A DNA stretch of 64,000 bases, taken from Chiloscyllium plagiosum (taxonomy: Eukaryota). Shown here piece by piece: positions 1 to 11,958 of this stretch. The DNA is taken from positions 18,601,887 to 18,665,886 of the forward strand of contig NC_057720.1 in NCBI RefSeq assembly GCF_004010195.1, in the 5' to 3' direction. A model generated the notes under the pieces. That model had not been told where the DNA came from and did not search any database. It was given only the letters and a program-made list of their open reading frames with translations. Every line of letters starts with the position of its first letter. Positions within the stretch are counted from its first letter, which is position 1. A program made the translations under genes and the position numbers.

Positions 1-160
1 ACATCCCCTGAGGTGATGAGGTTATGGACGGTCTGGGAGATGATGGTTTGGTGGTGGGGGTGGGGTCATGGTCAAGGGGGCAGTACGAGGAGGTATCTGC
101 GAGCTGGCGTTTGGCCTCAGTGGTGTAAAGATCGGTGCGCCAAACTACTACCGTGCCTTT
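1..160 (-). mobile_element. Penelope-like element RT fragment (runs off window)
   Basis: Minus-strand translation KGTVVVWRTDLYTTEAKRQLADTSSYCPLDHDPT matches the PLE RT N-terminal ADKG..VVV..Y....QL.D..Y..L..DPT motif. Confidence 0.75.
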
Positions 161-360
161 TCAAGAAGGACCAAGAGGCTGAAGCGTTAACAGCAGGAGC
201 TTAGTTATGGAGATGTTTACTCTATAGGTAGCAAAGTTAAACCAAGTTGTATTTGCCTCAAAATGGCCAAGGATGTCATCATAAATAAATGGTCTCTCTT
301 AAAGTAACAATCCACCATACTTGCACAAATGCACAACATCCCTCTCCCTTTTTATCAGTT

Positions 361-590
361 ACAAATCACACAACACCAGGTTATAGTCCAACAGATTTAA
401 TTGGAAGCACAGCTTTCGGAGCACTGCTCCTTCAGGTGGTTGTGGAGTGCACAATTGTAAGACACAGAATTTATAGCAAAAGTTTACAGTGTGATGTAAC
501 TGAAATTATACATTGAAAAATACCTTAATTGTTTGTTAAGTCTCTCATCTGTTACAATGACCATGATTGTTTCACTTCTTCTTTCATATG
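361..590 (-). mobile_element. PLE family B terminal repeat (pLTR) fragment with broken HHR core
   Basis: Shares aaatcacacaacaccaggttatagtccaacag...agctttcggagcactgctccttcaggtg with copies at 2845, 34705, 42900 and 50120; TGA of the core is deleted. Confidence 0.75.
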
Positions 591-1020
591 TGATTGCTCC
601 TGTGATCTTGCCACAAAGTGTTAAGTCTTACACTTTTGATAATCTTGGATCATTTCTAGTGTATTTCTCAATTTGTCCTGCTGTTACTAGAGTGCTCTCT
701 ATTTGTTCAAAGTAGAAAATGTCTATAGAAGGACTGTTTGTAGTTGTTGACTCACTTGGCAAATGTAATCTAAAGAGCCCATTGGCATCCCCATGTGAAT
801 TGAATTCCTGATACTTAATTGTGTGAGCTGATAACAATGCCCATCTCTGCACGCAGCTTGCTGCTAGAGAAGATATCTTTGTATGAGGCACAAATATTGA
901 GGCTTGTGTTCTGTTGATGGGGAATGTTCCCAGCTTTGGTGGAATTATCAAATGTCAAATATGATTCCTTGAGCTTTTTTCTGTCATGTTTCTGCTTTGT
1001 TTAATGACCTTAATGCAAAA

Positions 1021-1692
1021 CCTGAACAGGTGAAGCAGCACTTTACCTGCACTTCTCACTGCATTTGCTGCTCACAACGTGGTCTCTACACTGAGGAAAC
1101 AAAACATGGACTGTGTGACCACTTTGCAGAACATCTGCGTTCTGCCCACAAAAAAGACCCTGAGCTTCCAGTTGCCTGCCACTTTAACACACCATCCTGT
1201 TTCCTGGTCAACATCTTTGTCTCAGCTTGCTGCAGTGCTCTAGTGAAGCTCAGCGCAAGCTGAAAGAACAACACCTCATTTTCTGCTTGGGGACCCAGCA
1301 GCCCTCACTCAGTATTGAGTTCAATAATTTTAGGGCCTGATCTTCCCCCGTGTCCTAGCCCTCTAGCACACACATCAGGTATTGTTATCACACAGTCGGC
1401 CATTACACACGACCCATTGTTAGCCACTAACGGTCTTCATTAACAGCTATTCACCCTCATGACCAGATTTGTTATTGACTCCTTTGTCCAAGTGTTCTTC
1501 TGTCTCAGGCTCTATCCCTACCTATCCTTACTCCTTACCCCTCCCCCCATCCTATCCTCAGCATATAAACCGACATTTTCCTCGCTACTGTCAGTTCTGA
1601 GGAAGGGTTACCAGACCTGAAACGTTAACTTTGATTTCTATTCACAGATGCTGCCAAACCTGCTGAGCTTTTCCAGCAACTTCTGGCTTTAC
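1021..1692 (+). mobile_element. 5'-truncated PLE (family C): GIY-YIG endonuclease remnant plus pLTR
   Basis: ORF 997-1263 HCICCSQRGLYTEETKHGLCDHFAEHLRS...PVACHFN (GIY-YIG CCHH); TSD taatgcaaaa at 1011-1020 and 1693-1702. Confidence 0.85.
1593..1630 (+). ncRNA. Minimal type-I hammerhead ribozyme motif (family C)
   Basis: agtt CTGAGGA AGGGTtaccagACCT GAAA CG TT aact: core boxes intact, stem I agtt/aact, palindromic ACGT stem III. Confidence 0.75.
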
Positions 1693-1740
1693 TAATGCAA
1701 AAACTATTGGCTTTTCTTCACAGTTGAGTAATATGTTCGA

Positions 1741-1869
1741 GGAGAAAGTGAGGTCTGCAGATGCTGGAGATCAAAGTTGAAACTTTATTCCTGGAACAGC
1801 ACAGCAGGTCAGGCAGCATCCAGGGAACAGGAGATTCGACGTTTCGGGCACAGGCCCTTCTTCAGGAAT
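1741..1869 (-). mobile_element. Solo ~128-bp PLE family A' pLTR insertion
   Basis: Near-identical to 14342-14469, 36843-36971 and 43013-43141; TSD aatatgtt(c/a)ga at 1730-1740 and 1867-1877. Confidence 0.85.
1834..1869 (-). ncRNA. Minimal hammerhead ribozyme (family A'), intact
   Basis: Reverse complement: attc CTGAAGA AGGGCctgtGCCC GAAA CG TC gaat. Confidence 0.85.
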
Positions 1870-1999
1870 ATGTTAGAAATGACTGCTGTCACTCCAGACA
1901 ATAATACATCGTCTGTTAGGTGTCATGGTAACTTTGGGTCAAAATAGGTCAGGATTGCTGTTTCACATTCATCTTCCCATTCCAATTTTTGTTTTATGA

Positions 2000-2655
2000 C
2001 AATAGACAATAGGTGCAGGAGTAGGCCACTCCTCCTGCACCTTCGAGCCTGCACACCTACGGTAGTAATTTAGCAAGCCGAAAAAAGATCATAGCTTTTA
2101 TTTTTAGGTGCGGGTGCCTGAGCTCTATCCAACTCTTTCTTAAATGAATCCAGAGAGTGGGCCTCCACTGCCCTCTGGGGCAGAGCATTCCACACAGCCA
2201 CCACTCTCTGGGTGAAGAAGTTTCTCCTCATGGTCTATCCCGTATTTTTAAGCTGTGTCCTCTGATTCGGCACTCCCCCATCAGCGGAAACATGTTTCCT
2301 GCTGCCAGAGTGTCCAATCCTTTCATAATCTTATATGTCTCAATCAGATCCCCTCTCAGTCTTCTAAACTCAAGGATATACAAGCCCAGTCGCTTCAGTC
2401 TTTCAGTGTAAGGTAATCCTGCCATTCCAGGAATTGACCTCGTGAACCTACGCTGCACTCCCTCAATAACCAGAATGTCTATCCTCAAATTTGGAGACCA
2501 GAACTGCATGCAGTACTCCAGGTGTGGTCTCACCAGGGCCCTGTACAGCTGCAGAAGGACCTCTTTGCTTCTATACTCAATTCCTCTTGTTATGAAGGCC
2601 AGCATGCTATTAGCCTTCTTCACTACCTGCTGTACCTGCATGCTGGCCTTCATTG
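2000..2655 (-). mobile_element. CR1-type LINE 3' end
   Basis: ORF 2228-2653 (LYRALVRPHLEYCMQFWSP...RRLRGDLIETYKI); short tandem-repeat tail ctattgtctattg. Confidence 0.9.
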
Positions 2656-2836
2656 CTTGCCTAATAAATTATGCAAACAGTTTGAATGGTTGCAAGATTT
2701 TGGGACAAACCTACGGTAGTAATTTAGCAAGCCGAAAAAAGATCATAGCTTTTATTTTTAGGTGCGGGTGCCTCAGTTATGGCTTTACATTTGAAGATGA
2801 TTTATGTTGTCCCTGAGCATCATTGACAATTATTTG

Positions 2837-4464
2837 ATCATGATTTGGAGATGCCAGTGTTGGATTGGGGTGTATAAAGTTAAAACTCACAACACCGGGT
2901 TATAGTCCAACAGATTTATTTGGAAGCACTAGCTTTCGGAGCACTGCTCCTTCATCAGGTGGTTGTGGAGTATAAGATCATAACTTACAGAATTTATAGC
3001 AAACGTTTACAGTGTGATGTAACTGAAATATATTGGAAAAGACCTGAATTGTTTAAGTCTCTCAGCTTTTAGAATGAATATATTGGTTTCAGTTCTTTCA
3101 TATGTAAATTGCAGAACTTGTTTAGTTACACTCTCAAGTGAACTTTAACAATTAGTGGCATGTCGGCCCAGATAATGCATTAAAGGTGTGAGGTGCCCTG
3201 TGTGAGACTGTCTGTGCCACAATGTTCAGACTGATTCTAATCTAAAAAACAAATTTACAGAATCTTACATGGATTCATGTAGTTTTTGAGTAAAATAAAA
3301 TGTAATTCTGCAAGAACAAATTCACTTCCCAAACTTATATATATATAATATATATGTGTGTGTGTGTGTGTGTAAGCATGTGGGTGTCTGTGTGTAATGG
3401 GAGGGGATTTGAGTATGTGTGTGTAAGTGTGTGAGTGTAAAGGGGTATAAATCTGTACCACCATTATACGTGGGGACACCTCTCACCATGTCTGTGGCAG
3501 GTACTCGTGCGACTCAGCCAATGTTGTCTATCTCATATGCTGCTGGCATGGAGCATTGGCGAGACCGAGCAGAGGTATGGCAGCAGATGAATGGACACTG
3601 CACAATAATCAACAGACAGGAGTGTTCCCTCCCCGTCGGAGAGCACTTCAGCAGTCCGGGACATTTGACCTTGGACTTTTGGGTGACCGTCCTCCAAGGC
3701 AGACTTCGGGATAGGCAACAACGCAAAGTGGCCGAGCAGAGGCTGATAGCCAAGTTTGGTACCCGTGGGGGTGGCCTCAACCAAGATTTTGGGTTCATGT
3801 CACACTACAGGTGACCCTACTGCACTACACACGCACACAGACAGGCGCATACATTCCTACACACACACGCTCCTACAGACCCATACACCCACGCAGACCC
3901 TCTCTCATACACAAGCTATCTCTCATATGCTCACATACACTCCCACACTCGCACACATGCACGCACTCTCTCACAGACATTCATAACCCTGCCTCTCACA
4001 GCCACCCACATGCTCACACACACTCATAAGTTTGTGGGGTGAATTTGTACTTGCAGAATCACATTTTAATTTGCTCAAAAACTGCATGAATCCATGTAAG
4101 ATTCTGTAAATCCGATTTTTAGATTAGAATCAGTCTGACCATTGTGGCACAGACAGTCTCTCACAGGGCACCTCACACCTTTAATGCATTATCTGGGCCG
4201 ACATGACACCAATTGTTAAAGTTCATTTGAGAGTGTAACTTTAAAGAAGTTCTGCGATTTACATATGAAAAAACTGAGACCAACATGTTCATTCTAAAAG
4301 CCACCAGACTTAACAAACACTCCAGGTCATTTTTGTTTCAGTTACATCACACTGTTAACTTTTGCTATAAATTCTGTGTCTTCTACTCTACCACCACCTG
4401 ATAAAGGCTAGTGCTTCCAAATAAACCTATTCAACTATAACCTTTTGGTATGTGAATTTTAACT
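2837..4464 (+). mobile_element. PLE family B: inverted 5' pLTR (2845-3340), GIY-YIG remnant (3450-3815), CA-rich spacer and 3' pLTR
   Basis: ORF 3419-3814 ends QECSLPVGEHFSSPGH...RKVAEQRLIAKFGTRGGGLNQDFG; long inverted repeat between 2880-3330 and 4040-4463; TSD aattatttg at 2828-2836 and 4465-4473. Confidence 0.85.
2927..2961 (-). ncRNA. Minimal hammerhead ribozyme (family B), intact
   Basis: Reverse complement: cac CTGATGA AGGAGCagtGCTCC GAAA GC TA gtg; stem I cac/gtg, palindromic AGCT. Confidence 0.85.
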
Positions 4465-4496
4465 AATTATTTGGTGGGACGTCTAAAAATATCACG

Positions 4497-4568
4497 ATGT
4501 GGAGATGCCGGTGTTGGACTGGGGTGTACAAAATTAAAAATCACACACTGGTGTTGTGTGATTTTTAA
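4497..4568. mobile_element. 72-bp PLE family B micro-insertion with partial inversion
   Basis: pLTR 3' tip (minus) followed by an inverted copy (tgtgtgatttttaa); TSD ctaaaaatatcacg at 4483-4496 and 4569-4582. Confidence 0.75.
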
Positions 4569-4959
4569 CTAAAAATATCACGTTTCTCTTTCTTCAATCT
4601 TAGGCCATAATCTTGGAGTTTCTTCAGAATAGCATACAAATTGTGGTGATGCGCGTTTTCATTTCTCCCTGTGACTAAAATATCGTCTAGGTAACACTGG
4701 ACACGTTCCAATCCACTTAAAGTATGATCCATGGCACATTAAAATAGCAAGAGCGGATGTGATTCCAAAGGGAAGTCTCTTGCATTTGAATAGTCTTCTG
4801 TGTTACAGTTATCAAGTATTTCTATGACTCAAGATCTACGTTCATCTGGAGATAGGCTTGACTAAAGGCCAATTTGTATACCTGACCTCCAGCTAGTCCA
4901 GCAAATAGGTTTTTCATTAAAGGCAAAGGAAGCATACATAAGATTTTGGCAACTGTATA

Positions 4960-6422
4960 TAGACCAGTGAGCCTGACTTCGGTGGTGGACAAGTTGTTGG
5001 AGGGAATCCTGAGGGACAGGATGTACATGTATTTGGAAAGGCAAGGACTGATTCAGGATAGTCAACATGGCTTTGTGCGTGGGAAATCATGTCTCACAAA
5101 CTTGATTGAGTTTTTTGAAGAAGTAACAAACAAGATTAATGAGGGCAGAGCAGTAGATGTGATCTATAGGGACTTCAGTAAGGCGTTCGACAAGGTTCCC
5201 CATGGGAGACTGATTAGATTTTTTTTTTAGATTAGATTACAGTGTGGAAACAGGCCCTTCGGCCCAACAAGTCCACACCGACCCGCCGAAGCGAAACCCA
5301 CCCATACCCCTACATTTACCCCTTACCTAACACTACGGACAATTTAGCATGGCCAATTCACCTGACCCTGCACATCTTTGGACTGTGGGAGGAAACCGGA
5401 GCAGCCGGAGGAAACCCACGCAGACACGGGGAGAATGTGCAAACTCCACACAGTCAGTCGCCTGAGGCGGGAATTGAACCCGGGTCTCTGGCGCTGTGAG
5501 GTAGCAGTGCTAACCACTGTGCCACCGTGCCGCCCACAAACACTATACGATCACAGCATTCCACAAACGCACACAAGTTTAGATCTCATGGAATACAGGG
5601 AGAACTAGCCATTTGGATACAGAACTGGCTCAAAGGTAGTTTGAGCCAGGTAGACAGAGGGTGGTGGTGGAAGGTTGTTTTTCAGACTGGAGGCCTGTGA
5701 CCAGTGGAGTGCCACAAGGATCAGTGCTGGGCCCTCTACTTTTTGTCATTTACATAAATGACTTGGATGCAAGCATAAGAGGTACAGTTAGTAAGTTTGC
5801 AGATGACACCAAAATTGGAGGTGTAGTGGACAGCGAAGAGGGTTACCTCAAATTACAACAGGATCTAGATCAGATAGGTCAATGAGCTGAGAAGTGGCAG
5901 ATGGAGTTTAATTCAGATAAATGCGAGATGCTACATTTTGGGAAAGCAAATCTTAGCAGGGCTTATACACTTAATGGTAAGGTCCTAGGGAGTGTTGCTG
6001 AACANNNNNNNNNNNNNNNNNNNNNNNNNNNNNNNNNNNNNNNNNNNNNNNNNNNNNNNNNNNNNNNNNNNNNNNNNNNNNNNNGGGGCATGGATAGGAT
6101 AAATAGGCAAAGTCATTTCCCTGGGGTCGGGGAGTCCAGAACTAGAGGGCATAGGTTTAGGGTGAGAGGGGAAAGAAATAAAAGAGACCTAAGGGGCAAT
6201 GTTTTCACGCAGAGAGTGGTACGTGTATGGAATGAGCTGCAAGAGGATGTGGTGGAGGCTGGTACAATTGCAACATTTATGAGGCATTTGGATGGGTATA
6301 TGAATAGGAAGGGTTTGGAGGGATATGTGCCGGGCGCTGGGAGGTGGGACTAGATTGGGTTGGGATAGCTGGTCGACATAGACGGGTTGGACCGATGCTG
6401 TACATCTCTATGACTATGACTC
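4960..6422 (+). mobile_element. CR1/HER1-type LINE, 5'-truncated (RT to 3' tail), interrupted by an HE1 SINE and an N gap
   Basis: YRPVSLTSVV...QHGFVRGKSCLTNL...[30 protein letters not shown]...KFADDTK; tail ctatgactatgact. Confidence 0.92.
5227..5535 (-). mobile_element. HE1-type tRNA-derived SINE (elasmobranch)
   Basis: Reverse complement begins gggcggcacggtggcacagtggttagcactgct...ccgggttcaattcc (Pol III A and B boxes); LINE-like 3' end and (aatct)n tail. Confidence 0.88.
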
Positions 6423-6479
6423 AATGAAAACAGTTGAAGCTTTGGATGAATTATCGGGAAAGTGGGACCAATCTGAAAC

Positions 6480-8320
6480 GAAGAATTAAGAGGCCCAAAA
6501 GGGGTCATGAAATATCTTCAGCAAACAGGGTTAAGCAAAATCCCAAAGCCTATTGTTCGTATATAAGGGGCAAGAGGTAACTAGTGAAAGGATTGGCCCA
6601 CTCAAGGATAAAGGAGGCAAGTTATGCATGGAGTCAGATAAAACGGATGAGATTCTTATTGAGTACTTTGCGTCAATATTCTCCTGAGGAGTGGGATAGC
6701 ATGTATAATGAGGTTCGGGAGAGATGTTTGATTACTGTAGGTCAAGTCTGCATAAGGAGGGAGGAGGTGTTGGGTATTCTAAAATGCATTAAGGTAGACA
6801 AGGCCCCAAGTGCAGATGGGATCTATCCCAGCTTTCTGAGGGAAGCAAGAGAGGAAATAGCTGGGATTTTAACAGATATCTTTGCAGCATCCTTGAACCG
6901 GAGGACTGGAGAATTGCTAATGTTGTCCCCTTGTTTAAGAAAGGTAGCAGGGATAATCCAGGTAATTATACACCGGTGAGCCTAATGTCAGTGGTAGGGA
7001 AGCTGCTGGAGAAGGTACTGAGGGATAGGATCTATTTCCATTTGGAAGAAAATGGGCTTATTGGTGATAGACAACATGGTTTTGTGCAGGGAAGGTCATG
7101 TCTTGCCAACTTAACAGATTTCCTTGTGGAAGTGACAAAGTTGATTGATGGGGGAGGGCTATCGATGTCATATACATAGACTTCAGTATAGCGTTTGGCA
7201 AGGTTCCCCATGGTAGGCTGATGGAGAAAGTGAGGTCGAATGGGGTCCGGGGCATACTAGTTAGCCGGATAGAAAACCAGCTGGGCAGCAGGAGACAGAG
7301 AGTAGTTGTTGAAGGGACTTTCTCAAAATGGAGAACTGTGACCAGTGGTGTTTCACACAGGGATCTGTGCTGGGACCACTGCTGTTTGTGATATACATAA
7401 ATGATCTAGAGGAAGTTACAGGTTGCATGATTAGCGAGTTTGCAGATGACACTAAGATTGGTGGAGTAGCAGATAGTGAAGGGGACTGTCAGAGAATACA
7501 ACAGAATATAGATAGATTGGAGAGTTGGGCGGAGAAATGGCAGATGGAGTTCAATCCGGGCAAATGTGAGGTGATGCGTTTTAAGATCCAGTTCAAGAGC
7601 GATAAATGGAAAAATTCTAGGGAAAATTGATCTGGTGTTCAGGTCCATTGTTCCCTGAAGGTGGCAACACAGGTCGATAGAGTGGTCAAGAAGGCATACA
7701 GCGTGTTTTCCTTCATCGGCTGGGGTATTGAGTACAGGAGTTGGCAGGTCATGTTACAGTTGAATAGGACTTTGGTTAGGTCACATTTGGAATAGAGCGT
7801 ACAGTTCTGGTCGCCACATTACCAAAAGGATTCCGATGTTTTGGAGAGGGTGCAGAGGAGGTTCACCAGATGTTGCCTGGTATGGAGCGTGCCAACTATG
7901 CAAAGAGGTTGATGAGGTTAGGGTCATTTTCATTAGAAACACGGAGATTGTGAGGGACTTGATTGAAATCTACAAAATCATGAGAGGTATAGACAGAATG
8001 GATAGCATGAAGCCTTTTTCCAGAGTGGGGTCTCAATTACTAGGGATCAGGAGCTCAATGTGAGAGGGGAAAGATTTGAGAGATATGTGTGGAAAGTCAT
8101 TTACGCAGAGGGTGGTGGGTACCTGGAATGCGTTGCCAGTGGAGGTAGTAGAGGTGGGCAAAATAATATCATTTAAAATGTATCTAAACAGATACATGAA
8201 TGGGCAAGGAGCAGAGGGATACAGATCCTTTGAAAATAGGCAACAGGTCCGGATAGAGGATCTGGATTGGTACAGGCTTGAAGGGCTGAAGGGTCTGTTC
8301 CTATGCTGTAATTTTCTTCG
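6480..8320 (+). mobile_element. CR1-type LINE ORF2 (degenerate, different subfamily)
   Basis: ORFs 6584-6979, 6931-7179, 7328-7630 (QGSVLGP, FADDTK) and 8076-8366. Confidence 0.9.
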
Positions 8321-9399
8321 TTTTTTTTTGTTGTTTGATCCTGCTCAACACGTGCTCCTGGATTAATAGTGACCTCAAAATCTCCATAGAGGTGTGCCGA
8401 TCCATCTATCGTCATCACTAGTAGAAAGACCCCAATTATTCATGCTTACAGGTTCAAGGACTCCCTTCTTGACCAGCCTCTCTAATTCTGTCTTAACCTT
8501 TGATTTGAATGCATAAGGCACCCATTTAGCCTTGCAAGACTTTGCTTGATTTTCAATTTGACAGAGATCTTTTCCTTGCTTCTTAGATTGCTTTGGAAAA
8601 CAATTGCATGTTTCTTTGGAATTTATAATAGATTAGTCTCTGTACCTAGGAAGCAGCTTACTTCACCCCAGTTGAGTTTGATTTTCTCCAGCCATGACCT
8701 TCTCAATGAAGCTGGAGAATTTCCTTTGACAATGTCTCCGGGCAACTCGTCAGACTGACCATGTAGCTGAATATTCACATTGACACAGCCCTTTAAAGGT
8801 ACCACTTTGCCTCTGTACGTTCTTAGTACAATTTTGATTATTGCTGTGTAGTATGACTCAGGTGCTTCTGATATACACATTTTTAGATATGACTAAAACT
8901 CCGACTCTGTCCTCCTCCATTTTTACCAGTTTGCCATTCAATAAAGGAGTGACCCAGTATTAGTTGGTGTTGCTAGCAATGATCAGCATGTTTAATAACA
9001 GCTCCTCTTTGGTCTGAGAGTCTGGGCTTTTTTCATGCCATTTTTCTATGATGTGGATTTTATACTTTTAGTTTTCTGTAATTTTGCTGCATGTTGTTTC
9101 TTCCTGAAACACGACTGTTCACTGTACCCTTTTTATTATAGTTTCTGCATATAGCTTCTTGATTCCAGCAATTTGCTGCTGCGTGACCTGTTTCTCCAAA
9201 CTCATGGCAGTTTTGAGTCTGTTGCTGCTCATCTCACAGCTGCCATTTTATGAACACTCATGCTTGAGCTTAACTGTTGAGCTTTTTTGGCTGCTAATGC
9301 CAAAGAGGCTGCTATTTTCAGTGCTCTGTTTAAGCCTAGGTTCATTTCCATCAGTCATGTGGATTGCTTCACAATTTAAACCACACATCAGACTGTCTC

Positions 9400-11590
9400 T
9401 GTCAGAGGTCACACAACACCAGGTTTCAGTCCAACAGGTTTATTTGAAATAACAAGATTTTGGAGCGCAGCCCCTTTGTCACGTGAAGTGAAGCAAAGCA
9501 CTCAGGCACAGAATTTATAGTCAGAGAAATCAAAAGATTGTACAAATGGTGTGAGTGAAGTGCCGACAGGCCGGGTAATAGGTCTCTAACGTCACGAATG
9601 TCAGACGGTGTGAGTAAAGTGTCAACAGCTGAATAGCAGGTGAAGAGAAGGCCTAAAATCTGATCAATTAAGGCAAAGAGATTATTACAAAGCATTAAAA
9701 ATAAGGTAGTTTTGCAGACAAACTGAATGATTGGAATAACATTATATGTATAAGGGTTGCTGCCGAGGGTCTAACCAAAGTAACAAGTAATCCAAAACTG
9801 TACAAGATAGAGCGATCATAAAATATCAAGGTGATAGTGTCAAAACAGGGCACAAAGGAAGGTTTTACAGGTACAGAGCAGTATGATGGGGTCATATTTG
9901 CGTGACATGAACCCAAGATCACAGTTGAGGCAGTCTTGAAAAGGTACAGAACTTGGCCATCAGTTTCTGCTCTGTGATTCTGCATTGGTATTTTTCAGAG
10001 ATCATCTTGGAGGACATTTAGCTGAAGATTGGAAGCTGAATGTTTTCAACTGCTGAAGTGTTCTCCAACTGGGAGGGAGCATTCATCCATTGTCATAACA
10101 TATGTATGGTCTCACCGACATACCATGCCTTGGGGCATTCTTGCCTGCGGTATATGATATAGACAACATTGGCTGAGTCATATGACTATCTGCCGTGTAC
10201 TTGGTGGGTGGTGTTACCATGTGTGATGGTAGTATCCATGTCGATGATCTGGCATGTCTTGCAGAGGTTGCCTTTTGGCAGGATTGCATGGTGTTATGAT
10301 TGATGTCCTGAAGGATGGGTAGGTTGCTGCGAACAATGGTCTGTTTAAGGTTTGGCGGTTGTTTAAAGGCGAGAAGTGGAGGTGTAGGAATGATCTTGGC
10401 GCGATGTTCATTATCGTCCGTGAAGGCTGTGACGAACAAGGCATGGTTTCCCTGCTTTGGGGAAGTACTGGATGGCAAAGGGTACTCTATCAGTCGTATC
10501 CTGTGCCCCTTTTCTGAAGAGGTTATTGTGGTTTTTCACTGTGGCATGTTGGAACTGGCGATCGTTACGTTGAGTATTATATCCCGTCTTTCAGCATCTT
10601 TAGATGTCTGTCACATTCCTCTTCGTTTGAGCAGATCCCGTGTATGCACAGGGCTTGTCCATAGGAGAAGGGTTCTTTAACATGTTTCGGGTGGAAGTTC
10701 GAGAAGTGTAGTATCATGAGATTATCTGTGGGCTTGTAGTAGACTTAAAGTATTGAGATGTCAGTTCTTAATGGGGATGTGTGTATCTAAGAATGCGTGA
10801 TTTTGATGAGTAGTCCATAGTAAGTACGATGGTGGAATGAAACTTGTTGAAATCATCGTGTAGTCGTTTCAGTGATCCTCATCATAATCCGGAGGGAGAA
10901 AATGTTGTCTATGTATCTAGTGTATAATTTTGGTTGAAGGTGTTGGTGTATTGGTGTGCAAATTTGGTTCCCATGGCTGTTCCCTGTGTTTGGATGAAGA
11001 ATTGCTTGTAGAAGGTGAAAATGTTGTGCTTGAGGATGAAGCAGATGGGTGGCATCTGGAAATTGGCAGTAGTTGGAGTTGAGTACTGAAGCTGATGCAG
11101 CACTGCCGTTGTCGTGAGGGATGCCGGTGTAGCGTACCAGAATGTACATTGTGATGAGGAATGTTCCTGGTTCGACTGGTCTCTGGGTGCTCAGTTTCTG
11201 TAAGAAATCTGTAGTGTTGCGACAGAAACTGGGAGTTCCTTGTACAATGAGTTTCAAGATGCCCTTGACAGAGAGGTTCCCACACAGAACCCTGTTGCCC
11301 GATAAGATTGGCCATCCAGGTGTGTTGGTTTTGTGTATCTTCGGAAGGCAATAGAAGTCTCCTAAGCGAGAAGTATGTGGGATTAGAGTGGATAGTCTGT
11401 CTCTGATAGCATCATTGATGTTGTATTTGAATTGACAGAATTCTGCTAACTTCTTGAAAATTGCTCCAAGCTGGGAGTTAGATTCACTATCATGCTGCTT
11501 GCGTTTGTGGAATCCGAACTATTCAGCAGTCACCAATGATCTTGGTGAGAAACGGTTTATATGTTTTAGAACTCGGTTTCTGTGGCTGTT
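9400..11590 (-). mobile_element. Degenerate near-complete PLE (RT, GIY-YIG and 3' pLTR)
   Basis: RNTTDFLQKL, QTQGTAMGTKFAHQY, YTRYIDNIF (RT motifs); PPLLAFKQPPNLKQTIVRS linker; pLTR-B-like end at 9400-9520. Confidence 0.85.
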
Positions 11591-11859
11591 CCAGACTCCT
11601 CCATTGCTTTAGACCCCCACCCACTTCAGAACACTTGAGAATACAGAGACAACTATATATGCTTTAATTTTGTTAGCTTGAACAAAAAAATAAAATCTCT
11701 GTGTATAAAAGTTTCAGTTCTCTGTATTGTCATTATACGGTTCCACATTCTAAAATTTCCTGCTTTTTGTTTTAAATGGAAATTTCAAATAGCATGATGT
11801 GCCGCAAAGATTTTAGCACCACCTCATTTCATATTTAAAACAAGGTATTCCTGAAGGTG

Positions 11860-11958
11860 AAACAAAAACAGAAGTTTCTGGAAAAGCTTAGCAGGTCTAA
11901 CAGCATCTGTGAAGAGAAATCAGAGTTAACGTTTCGGGTCTGGTGACTCTTCCTGAGT
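11860..11958 (-). mobile_element. Solo PLE family C pLTR, HHR core damaged at the junction
   Basis: Reverse complement ctcaggaagagtcaccagacccgaaacgttaact...cagatgctgttagacctgctaagcttttccag; homologous to 1593-1690. Confidence 0.75.

Larger units (their letters stand above)
160..9400 (-). mobile_element. Degenerate Gypsy/Ty3 LTR-retrotransposon gag-pol, split by many nested insertions
   Basis: ORF 628-951 (SLAASCVQRWALLSAH..Y....HGDANGLFRL..P...RNDPRLSKV, RNase H end); ORF 8623-8880 (LRTYRG..VPLKG.V.V...IVKGNSPASLRRSWLEKIKLNW, protease end). Intervening scraps at about 1700-2000, 2655-2835, 4582-4960 and 8330-9400. Confidence 0.75.

Noticed and set aside
3335..3440. (TA)n(TG)n microsatellite and CA-rich tract at 3825-4025
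   Set aside because: Part of the PLE-B spacer and its inverted copy; ordinary simple repeats.
9400..11590. Active autonomous Penelope element or domesticated RT
   Set aside because: Multiple frameshifts and stops, catalytic YIDD altered to YIDN, and a degenerate HHR.
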